Translations under genes and position numbers: made by a program | Shown: positions 38,190 through 49,082 of the stretch, one piece after another | Layout: each line of letters begins with the position of its first letter | Numbering within the stretch: the first letter of the stretch is position 1 | Notes under the pieces: model-generated | The model's database searches: none | Told to the model about the DNA's origin: nothing | Seen by the model: the letters and a program-made list of their open reading frames with translations, nothing else | Assembly: GCF_963921235.1 (NCBI RefSeq) | Contig: NC_086097.1 | Span: 133,612,001-133,676,000 of the forward strand | From: Mobula hypostoma | Lineage: Eukaryota | Direction: 5' to 3' | DNA: 64,000 nt

Positions 38190-39359
38190 TGGTGCCTCAT
38201 ATACCAGGATGCTGTTTATCAACTTCAGCTCACTGTTTAATATGATCATCCCTCAGAAACTGGTGGGTAGTCTGTCCTCACTGGGTTTCAACACATCTCT
38301 CTGCAACAGGATGTTAGACTTCTTGATAGAAGAAACACAGTCTGTGTTGGCAGCAACAATTCTAGTTCCATCACACTGAGCACTAGTGTCCCCAGGGCTG
38401 CTTACTCAGCCGACTGCTGTTCATGCATGACTATACTGCTAGATCCAGTTCAAACCAAATCATCAAATTCACTGATGACACAACAGTGGTTGGCTTCATC
38501 AGTAATGATGACAAGACAGCATAGAGGGAAGAAGTGGAACTGCAGGTAGAATGGTGCAAACACAACCTGAGTCTCAACATGGACAAGACTAGAGAGATGA
38601 TTATGGACTTTAGAAAGGTGCAGCCTCCTTACTGCACGTACGTGGCTCCCTGCATGGAGCGAGTTAGGAGCATCAAGTTTCTAGGAGTGCATGGATGGTC
38701 TCACACTGTCCCTCAACACCGCCTCTTTAGTCAAGAAAGCACAGCTACATCCCCACTTCCTGAGTAAATTGAGACAAGCGAGGCTTCACTTCCCCATTCT
38801 AATGCATTTTTACAAGAGCACCATTGAGAGTGTCCTGACCAGCTGTATTATCGTCTGGTACGGGAATTGCAAGGTATCTGACTGTAACACTCTACAAAGT
38901 ATTGCAAGGACTACTGAGAGGATCTTTGGGGTCCCTCTTCCACCCATCGGAGATATTTATCAGGAGTATTGCATAGGGAGTGCAATTGGCATTATCGATG
39001 ATCCCTCCTATCTGTCCACAAATCTCTTTGATTCCCTACCATCAGACAGAAGGTACCGTAGCAATAGGACAAGGACTGATAGTATAGGAAACAGCTTCTT
39101 CCCCCAGGCCGTGAGACTCCTGACCTCCCTGCAACCACCTAGGTTTCATCACTTATGAAGTGCTAGTTGCACTATACTATTTACTTTTTAACGCCTCATA
39201 AATGGACCTTATGCTGAATGTCAGTCTTCTGGAACATATTTTATTACTTGTTAGCTTATGTGTTGTGTGTGAGTTATATGTACTGTGTCCAGAAGAACAG
39301 TGTTTCATTTGGTGATGTACACGTGTACGGTTGAATGACAATAACCTTGAACTTGAACT
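38190..39359 (+). mobile_element. Rex/Babar-type LINE RT relic, nested in an older related 3' end that resumes at ~39360
   Basis: KFTDDTTVVG, WCKHNLSLNMDKTREMIMDFRK, FYKSTIESVLTSCIIVWYGNC, NSFFPQAVRLL; tail tgacaataaccttgaacttgaact. Confidence 0.8.
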
Positions 39360-40259
39360 ACCAGGTTCAGGAACAGTGACTTCCTTACAACCACCAGGTT
39401 ATTGAACTAATCTGCACAACCTAATCCTAGCTGATCAACAGATGCTGCAGACTACCATTGGACTTGTCTCTGATTGTATATTTTTTACACACTGTCTTGT
39501 CTTGCACATTCTTTTTCCTTCACTATCTTGTATAATTTATGTATATTTTCTGTTCTGTATATTGTCTGAATCTGTGTGCCTATGATAAAGCTATAAGCAA
39601 GTTTTTCATTGTCCCTATACTTCAACCGTACTTGAGCACTTGACCATAAACTCAACTTGACCTAATGGTGCTGTAAATTTTGGAACTTTATCATGATATA
39701 TGCCTGACTGTGACCTCTGCATGTTAAGCTGCTTTAATTTAATCCCTTCCATTTAGGGTTTTCAGTGGTTTGCCCAGGCTGTATTTAATCAAAAAGTATT
39801 CTTGGCAAGGACACTGCTTACTCACAAGAAGACTTGCAATATCTGATCATTTATAATTATTGATTCAGGAAAATGTTTCTTATTATTCTGCATCACCAAA
39901 CATTTGTTAGCTCCCCACTTCCCTTCCATCCTTGTTAACTCTTAGGTTCTGTGCTGCAGGATGTGGGCAGGAATAGTTCTGCCTCCATATACCAACAGTA
40001 AGTATTGATAGATTTCCTTGGCTATTCTGACAATGCAATTTGAGCTCTATAATGTCAACACATAAACTCTTGAAGGAATGGTAATCTCAGCCAGTTTACA
40101 CAGTGATTAAGACATCCACAATTCCTTAGGATAAGGAATTCTAAAATTCATATCCCTCATCCATCCCCCAGTTTGTAAAGCACTTCTTGTTCTTAATTTG
40201 TAAGGTTTTATCATGATCCTTTACTTCATTAGTAATTTGCTGCTTGTTAATTAGTAAAC

Positions 40260-41270
40260 TGATTTATTTTTGTCACATGTACTGAGGTGTAATGCAAAAC
40301 TTTGTTTTTTTGTGCCATCCATGCGGATTAATTGGGCAGCACAGTAGGTTAGCAGCTAGCGTAGTGCTTTACAGCACCAACGATCACCAATTACGATTCA
40401 GTTCCCACCGCTGTCTATAAAGAGTTTTGTACGTTCTCCCTGTGACTGTGTGGGCTTCCTCTGGGTGCTATGATTTTCTGCCGAATGCCTCAGACGTAGG
40501 GCTTAGTGTTAGTGAGTTATGAGCATGCTATGTTGGCACCAGAAGCATGGCAACACCTGTGGGTGCTGCCCCAGCCTATCTTCAGACTGTATTGGTCACT
40601 GTTGCAAATGACTTATTTCACTATGTTCTGTTGTTTCGATATACATGTGACAAATAAAGCTAATCTCTCATTTCATCACTTCAGTGCATTGAGTGCAAGG
40701 GAAGAGCAATCATGTGTTAGAGTTAGAGAGAAAATGCAGTGCAGGTAGATAATAAGGTGCAAGGGCATAATGAGATAGATTGTGTGGTGACGAGTCAACC
40801 TTATTGTACTCAGGGACCATTCAGTAGTCTTATAACAGTGGGGTAGAAGCTTCCCTTCAGCATGGTGACATGTGCTCTTAGGCTTTTGTATCTTCTGCCT
40901 AACGGGGGGGGGGGGGAGAGAAGAACAAATATCTGGGGTGGGAGGTGCCTTTCGTAACGTTGGCTTCTTTACCAAGGCAGTGAGAAATGTAGACAGAGTC
41001 CATGAAGGGAAGTTGGTTTCCATGACATGTAGTGCGGTGTCCACAAATCTCTGCAGTTTCTTACAGCCTCATCCAGTGTCATTAGCATCCTATGCCATAA
41101 TGCATCAGGGTAGGGTGCTATCTGTGGTGCATCTATAAAAATTAGTGAGGGTCAATAGGAACAAGCCCAATTTCTTTAGCTTTCTAAGGAAGAAGAGATG
41201 CTGGTGAGCTTTGCTGGCCATGGTCTCTAGATGTTTAGACTAGGAGAAGCTATCGGTGACCTTTGGAGGG
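40260..41270 (-). mobile_element. Rex/Babar-type LINE 3' relic
   Basis: HLFFLRKLKKLG...LTNFYRCTTDS-like text at 41120-41210 (minus). The 3' UTR is split by the SINE. Confidence 0.65.
40334..40668 (+). mobile_element. tRNA-derived SINE with Rex/Babar-type tail, inserted into a minus-strand LINE 3' UTR
   Basis: Head gggcagcacagtagg...ttcagttcccaccgc, core gtacgttctccctgtgactgtgtgggcttcc, tail tgtgacaaataaagctaatct. Confidence 0.75.
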
Positions 41271-41482
41271 TTTTCCTACAGGGAACTGATGCTTCACCAT
41301 ATTAGGTGACAGCAATTTAATTTTTTTGTCTCTTCCTTTATTTCTAGATCTGTGTAATCGATTGAATGTGATGATCCATTGACTACGCCAGTAGAACTAA
41401 CCAAAGAGGTAACATCAGGGACTTCCTGCAAGTCTTGGCCGCTGGTGATTGAAGGAGTGGAAGGGTGTTGGTGATACAACTA

Positions 41483-43265
41483 ATGGGTGCCCAGGAGCAA
41501 ACCATGGAGGAGTCGTCCTGTAGATCACCCAGAATGTTGCCTTTGAGCAAGTGTCTCAGGAAGAGGATGGTAACGATGGAGGAGAAAGCCGGCACGGATG
41601 CAGAAACTACTGAAGAGGCGGTGGCAGAAGCCCTGAGGGTGTGCCGCCAGGCCCAGCCCGATGGAGACGAAAGGAAGACTGAGAAGTTTACGTGCTCCAT
41701 TTGCGGGAAGCACTTCACGTTCTTCAGCGTGCTGTCGGTCCACATGCGGACGCACACCGGCGAGAAGCCCTACAAGTGCCCTTACTGTGAGCACAGGACT
41801 TCCCAGAAAGGCAACCTCAAGATACACATCCGCACTCATCGTATGGACGACCTAAGCGAGGGTCAAGAGGCGGGCGCGGGAGGTCGGCGGAGAGCGGAAG
41901 CCCAGGCTGCAGGAGTGCGCGGCAGTTCCCCCGAGGATGGGTTGGTCAGGGAGGATCATGGGAAGGTCATGTTGCGAAGGCTGAAGGAGAGGGAGCCCCT
42001 CGCCTCCACGTTATGGTGCCAGGGCTGCGGAAGAGCCTTCGAGAATCAAGAGCAGCTGGATCAACATAAGCATCTCTTCCACAGGCTGTACAAGTGCAGG
42101 CTGTGCGACTACTCCACCCTGAGGGACGACCATTTCCTGAGCCACATTGAGAGGGTCCACATTACCCCGGAGGTGCCGGAAAGCCCCGGCGAGAAGGGCC
42201 AGGCCAAGCAGCGGGACAGGGAGCTCACGTGTGGCACGTGCCAGCAGACCTTCTCCCAGGCCTGGTGCCTGAAGGCCCACATGAGGAAGCACAGTGGCGC
42301 GCTGGAGCACGGCTGCTCTGTGTGCGGGCGCAGGTTCAAGGAGCGCTGGTTCCTCAAGAACCATATGAAGGTGCACGCCGCCAGGAGCGGCAGCAAGAGC
42401 AAAGCCAGGCGGGGTGACACTGAGGGCTTGGCCACCATCAACGACGTAGTGCAGGAGGATGCAATGGGTCTCACCTTCTCCCAGTACGAGATCTGCATGC
42501 AGTGCGGCTACCTCTTCCCAAGCCGGCAAAGCCTTATCAAACACGGGAAGCTCCATTCTAGGGTATATCAGGACTGTCCTGGGAAGCTGCCAGCGGAGGT
42601 CAGTGACAGCTCCACAAAGGATCGCTTCCTCAGATGCCTGGATCTGAGGCCTGCGGTGTCGCTCGAGAATTTTACTGACCGCCTGTTGGCGAAAGGGCTG
42701 GCGGAGCTGGATCCTGTCAGTAGTTACCAAGCGTGGACTTTGGCCTGTAGGGCAGAAGCGGGAGAAGCCGCCGACTACCGGTGCAATGGAGGGTCGGACG
42801 AGCATCCTTTGGATACCGAGGCGACCGGCGACAGAGGGAAAGGGGAGCATGCCCTCGCCACCAGTGAGAAGCGTAAGCGGGAAGAGGGCACAGAGGGCAA
42901 TGGTTGCGTGAAGCGGCACAATGGAATGATGGGCAAGGGTTACCGGAGGAACGATTCCGGACTAAGCCTCGGTGGCATGCTGCCACAGGGCAAAAGCACA
43001 GAGTGTCCAGAGTGTGGCAAGGCGTTCCGGACTTACCATCAGCTGGTGCTCCACTCCAGGGTCCACAGGAGGAACAGGCGGAGTGAGGCGGATGCCAGGG
43101 GTCGGGCTGCAGGGCTGGGCTCAGTCAGCGACTGGGAGTCTACACCCAACAGTCGGCTCGGCACCCCCAGCTCCACCTCGGCCCTGGAAGGCGCGGCAGC
43201 CCCGGGACTGGGTGAGGACGGTCCCAACCGTTTGGGAGAAGGTGTGGAGGTGCAGGCGGAAACAG
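41483..43265 (+). CDS. ZNF516: ZNF516-like C2H2 zinc-finger transcriptional regulator, first large coding exon (8 C2H2 fingers)
   Basis: Acceptor tttctag at 41341-41347 after a pyrimidine tract. ATG at 41483, alternative Kozak ACCATGG at 41504. Donor ACAG|GTAAGT after 43265 (phase 1). Fingers include KCPYCEHRTSQKGNLKIHIRTH, KCRLCDYSTLRDDHFLSHIERVHIT, CGRRFKERWFLKNHMK and ECGKAFRTYHQLVLHSRVHRR, plus linker ATINDVVQE, all matching recalled ZNF516 in order. Orthologue versus paralogue is unresolved. Confidence 0.85.
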
Positions 43266-43382
43266 GTAAGTGGGCATCAGCGCAGGGGAGTTGTTAAGGC
43301 ACAATCGGGAGGAAGCATGGAGGGTGCGTCGGAAGGGACTGTCTCCATTGGGAGGGGATGTATATAGAATCCATTGGAAGGG

Positions 43383-43742
43383 CAACACCCACAAAATGCT
43401 GGAGGAGCTCAGCAGGTCAGGCAGCATCTATAAAGGGGAGTAAATAGTCGGTGTTTTGAGCTCAGAACCTTCATCAGAACTGGGAGAGCAGCAGAGATTA
43501 CAGAGTGTGAGCAGTGAGAGAGGGTCTCACTGAACTCCCGTTGAAGAGAAGATCTTAACTTCCTCAGGTGTGCCTTTGAAGAGGCCGCAGTGGAGCAGCT
43601 AATCATAAACACAAGAGATTCTGCAGGTGCTGGTAATCTTGAGCAAGACACACAAGGTGCTGCAGGAACTCAAAATGTCAGGCACATCTATGGAGGAGAA
43701 TAAACATAGGAGGGTTTTGGCCTGAAAGCCTTGATCAGGATT
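43383..43742 (-). mobile_element. Two decayed PLE pseudo-LTR fragments just inside the intron
   Basis: caaaatgctggaggagctcagcaggtcaggcagcatcta and a degenerate HHR agttctgatgaagg (minus); second copy at 43608-43742. Confidence 0.65.
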
Positions 43743-45744
43743 CGATGAGGGACTGGACTTCTATTAGAAGGGATTGTATTTAGGATACATTGTGTCTGTA
43801 TGATGACCCAATCAGAAGGGGCTGTATGTAAGATCCACTGGAAAGGACAGTGCAGATTCCATCGAAGGGAGCTGGGTGTAGGATCTGTTGTAAAGGGCTG
43901 TATTTCAGGTCCATTGGCAGGGAATATACATGGGATCCATCAGATGGGCCTGTAGAGATTTGGTCTGGAGAGACTGTACAGATGTGTGAAGTAGACATAG
44001 TGATATTATCAAGGGATTAGGACATAATGGAAATAAGATGCTGGAGCTAGTCTCTGAATGCTGGATCTGTGACAGGGTGGGCTAATCTGTAACTTCCTAA
44101 ATCAGTTTGGGAGGGCAGGTGTAGGTCGGTGGTATGGTTCATGGAGGTGCAGGCTGTGATCAGGGCTAAAGTGGATTACAACAAATTACATTAATCGTTC
44201 CCTGCTAGCATTGGTGACTTCAAACAAATGAACCTCCACACAAAATTTTGCAGAATGAGTTTTCTAAATGGCCAATAATCTTAAAAGGATACAAGGTTGA
44301 GGAGCTTCAAAGTCAAAGTCAAGTTTATTGTCATTGCACAAGTGTACATATGCACAGGTGCAATGACAAACCCATTTGCAGCAGCACCACAGGCATATCG
44401 CATTAGCTGCATGTGATTCACAGGAAATAAATAAATTGGACATAAACTGTGCACAATTTTTACAAGAAAGAACACAATTAGAAATTCGGTGTAGTGTAAA
44501 GTGGTCATGCTGTTGTTGCACTGAGGGGATCCGGGGGGAAGTTCTGTGAACGGTGGATAGAACAGTTCCAATCTCCTTTCTCAGACACACACACTTCTCA
44601 GCGAATGGACTGAGAAGAGCAGAGTGAGAACTGCAAGGATGCAGTCATCAGGAAGAAAAGAACAGAGTGGGTTGGTACAAGGCCTGAAGGGTGACAGAGA
44701 CTAGTAAACACAGGAAGAGTTTCCATTTTTTGGAAGATCGTTTACAATTAGATACAGATACAATTACAGTACTTAACAGGTGCTTGGATAGAAAAGGCTT
44801 AATGCGAGCAAGTGGGATTAGTGTACGTCGCTATCATGATCGGCAGGGAAGAAATGGGCTGAAGGGCTCATTTCTGGGCAGCTTGTTACTGTGACCCAAT
44901 GATGACCAGAAGTAACAAACAAAACCAGGAAATAAAAATGGCATTTAGGAGAGGCCTCTTTACCTAGAGTACGGTGAGAATAAGCTCTTGTTCCAAAAGC
45001 GTAAGTAACAGAGACGTGTCCAAAAGTTTGTTCATGAAATGACTGTAACTACCCACCTCCCACCCCACCACCACAACTTAAGGGTCACCTGAATTGGTGT
45101 CTAAGAGAAAGTGAACGGAAGACTGTGCTGAGAGTTAGTTGTTGTAAGGTCGAAGGTTGAAGAGAAGAAGGCCATTGTTGACCGGTCAATCTGAATAATC
45201 TTGCTTTATACTTGAATATTTATGATTAGAGCCAACCTGAAGTTACTTTAGTCATTTCATATTTACAAGGCATGGGAAGATAGAGTAATCTGATCTAAAA
45301 AGCAATTTTGTTAGCTAAAAGACAGAAAAAAACACATATGACTAGCCAGGAAAGGTGTCTGCAGATCAAGACTCACCACAACTAGACCAGAGTTGGAGAT
45401 GCCTAATACCAAACCTAACTGGTTAACCTTTACCATTAGTCCAGCCATATATAAAGCATTTGGTCCAACAGATTCTTCTTTACAGTGTAATTTCCATATT
45501 TAATGTTGTCCTGTTAGAAAGGTGCAATCAGTAAGGTGACAAAATGGTGCAGGTCCTTGTGAGTGTCAGCAGTTTTATGGATAGCAGGTGTAATTTATGG
45601 GAAATTAAATATATCTGGAGTTTAAAATAACTTCAGAAAGTTCTGAAAAAGTTTAGAAAATCAGACAAGACCTGTAGATGGATACATAGAATGAATGTGT
45701 AAGATCAGCAACCACTCACCATTGATATAAGGCATTAGCATTTT

Positions 45745-46055
45745 CTTTCTCTCTCTCTCTCTCTCTCACTCACTCTCTCACTCTCTCTCACACTCTCTCA
45801 CTCTCACACTTTCTCGCGCTCACTCTCTCTCACGCACACACTCTCTCGCGCACACTCTCTCTCACACACACACTCTCTCTCTCACATTCTCTCTCTCTCA
45901 CACCCTCTCACTCTCTCACTCTCACTCTCTCTCTCTCACACACTCTCTCTCACTCTGTCTCACACTGTCTCTCTCTCACTCACTCTCTCTCTCACTCTCT
46001 CACACTCTCTCTCTCTCAGTCTCTCTCTCTCACTCCCTCTTTCACTCTCTCTCTC
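45745..46055. repeat. Compound (TC)n/(CA)n microsatellite
   Basis: ctctctcactctctcacac low-complexity tract. Confidence 0.95.
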
Positions 46056-48536
46056 ATGTTGCATCTGCAGCTCTGACCCCTTTGCTTTTTTTCATCCCTT
46101 TTGCACATTTGCTTTTCAAAGAGCATTTCAGCTCCTGATCTCTCCAATCAAAATTCTCTCTTGCCTGCTTTGATTGCAACAAAGCTAGATTCAAAATGTT
46201 GACAAGTCCTTCCTCACCCGCCCCAACCAAAGATGCTACTGAGTTCCTCCGGCAGATTGTTTGTTGCTCCAGATTCCAACATCTGCAGTCCCTTGTGTCC
46301 ATATGCTTTAGAAAATCTCTTTCACTATTCATTCTAGACCTTTAACTTGATGTGACTTGTTCAGCCCTAAAATATCTAAAGACCTTCAGACAACACCTTG
46401 ATCAATACAACAATCATTTAAAGCAAATAGAAGTTGGCCATGCAAACATCTCTTTGATAATCCTGTGTATTGAGGTGATTTTGTTTTTGGATAGACAGGG
46501 AGTCTTGTATCTGGGCTAGGTTAGGCTAGATGATTACTTTATTAGAAGGTCTCCATAGCAACAGCCTGAAACTGAGTCAGGGTGACTAACAGAGCTGGAC
46601 TGGCACCTAAGAGAGAAGAAAATAGAAGATTGTACAGAGAGATTCAAGAAGATTCAAGATCGAATGCAGTGAGATCCTCGCTTCTAAGCTGCATGCGAAG
46701 CAGATTGTTCCCACTCTACCACAGTATGACTAGCAAGAAGACCTTGATAAGTCTTTGAAGCAATACGAGTCCCAAGAGAATTTAATACATTAGTTGAATC
46801 CTTGTTTTCAGCTGTTAAAGAACTAAATCTTTATATTCTTTATTATCATGGGGACCATTAAAGGCTAAGGGTATTCTATAATAAAATTCCACAAACATTG
46901 CTTATCAGGGCAGAAGTGGCTAATAGGAGAGGGCTTAATGTTAAGTTGATTGGAGGGAAGTATAGGCGGGTTGTCAGAGGTAAGTTTTTAAAACAGAGAG
47001 TGGTGGGTGTGTAGAGTGCCCTGCTAGAGTCATTTAAGAAACTCTTAGGCACATGGATGAAAGAAAACAATTGAGGGCTATGTAGGAGGGAAGGGTTAGA
47101 TTGGTCAGAGTAGGTTAAAAGGTCAGCACAGCATCATGAGGGCACGGCCTGTACTGTGCTTTAATGTTCTGTGCTCTGTATTTTGACTGGATCACTGATC
47201 AGTCCAGGTCAGAATTCCTCACAGAGATCGGTGAAAATAACAGGGTTTTATTTAAGTGTAGCTGTGCTAATTGAGTCTAGATGCACTTATCTACCAGTGG
47301 GCCTATTCAGTTCGTGCTAGCTCCCAAAAGAGTAAACGTCTCAGTCCCATTCCTCCAACCCATTTCACTGTACCAGTGCAACTCGTTCATTCCATCAACT
47401 CTACATTTGATGCTTTTATTTTGCCACTGACCTTCACCAAGGGATCAATCGTTTACGGTAGATAATGAACATACTTTAATGCCTTGTGTTACGTACCCCG
47501 TAACTGGGTTGCCAAACCAGCAGAAATGGATCACTCAGTTGGAGTCTGGAGTACTAGAACTAAGAAAGTTTTATTACAGAAACAAGCAACACAGTAATCG
47601 AAAGGATAATAAATGCAACAGTTCAGTGATGATAAACACACATGTGCACAGAATTAAGATAACAGCATCAATCAAGCTCTATCGTTGTCTAGGGGTAAAT
47701 GACCAATTTCAAAATGACTCAAAGTTCAGTCCAGTTTAGTAGTTCAGTTCGCAGTAATCGTTGCCATGGCGGTGGACAACGTGGGGGAAGAGAGAGATAG
47801 AATAGGAACAACTCATCATTCAGAACGGCTTCACTCACAGACCAGCGGGATGGCTCACAGACCAGCGAGATGGCTCACAAACAGCTTTTGGGCGGGTCCT
47901 TGGTGATGTCACCTGAGGTCACCGACTGTGACCCCTCCTCCAGATGCGGTCGATCCTCTGCAGTGAACCCGGCACCCAGGCAAGGGCGGACACACACCGG
48001 GTTCCCGCTGATCGTACCTTTCCACCCTGTGCGTTGTCCGGTACTTCTCACCACTCGTGAGAGGCGCACCGCTTCCAGGGTCTCGTTACCTCGGGTGGCG
48101 TGTGTGTCGTCTTAGCGAACCTGTCCCTTTTTATCCCCCTGCTGGGGTATCGCCTGTCCATCACTTCAAACAGTTCAGGGTTCAAAGGGGGGAGCCGCTC
48201 CAGACAGCTCTTCCTCCCACATCCCCTCATTACACATCCCCAGACGCTGCTCCATTGTTCCTTATCTCTCCTTCCCCTGAGGGCAGGTGGCAGACCAACT
48301 GCTGATGCCACTGATGCTAGCCCAGGCCAGCAAACATCTTAATTTTATGTGTATTCTCGTAACAGTTCCCCCCTTTAAGGATTTTTACCGGGAGGTAAAA
48401 ATTACAAACATGACTACATTATCTGATACATACACAATATACATCTTTAACAGTTATTTAGCTAATACAGAGAATTTGAAGCTGTCAACACCTTGACAGA
48501 CAGTCATCACATTTTCTGTTCCTTTTACACGTGTTA

Positions 48537-49082
48537 TTAATAATCCCTTAGACCAGGCTCCAACTCAGCAAACTTCATAGTGGCCAAAAACACTGATGAA
48601 TTGCGACCAATGTAACCTCTCATTTGGTTTTGTCCCGGACCACGATAACAAGGGTCGTCCCATTCCGACTCAGTTTTCTCTCGCAAGGGCTTAGTAGGAG
48701 GGGGACGGGTATTGACCGCAGAGTTATTGCAAAACTTCCTGCAGTACCCCACCATCTCCAAGAGCCTTCTGAGGGCCCTCTTGTCTGTCGGGGTTGGGAG
48801 GTCAGCGATAGCCTGCACTGTAGCTTGCATCACTGCCAGCTGCCCCTGTGTCACCACAATTCCCAGGTAAGTGACTCTCGTGTGGCCGAATTCATTTTTT
48901 TCAAGGTTCACTATCAAACTGGCTTCAGACAGCCGTGTTAAATTGCCAATACACACCTCTGTGTTCATCAGCCCTTTAGTCACTGAATTACTCGAAAAAT
49001 ATGGGTGTTGTTTACTTGGCTGCCCTATTGTAACCACAATCACCCAACGTCCCAGTTCTTTGCATTTCCTCGGGACAATCAA
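48537..49082 (-). pseudogene. Degenerate RT palm/thumb remnant
   Basis: RLSEASLIVNLEKNEFGHTRVTYLG...PTPTDKRALRRLLEMVGYCRKF; no YxDD motif. Confidence 0.75.

Noticed and set aside
42011..42919. 302-aa antisense ORF over the zinc-finger exon
   Set aside because: Expected shadow of GC3-rich coding sequence; no recognisable domain.
43266..43297. ORF-track stop codons at 43297 and 60232 as true protein ends
   Set aside because: Both lie just past plausible GT donors, so they are intronic read-through of the ORF finder.
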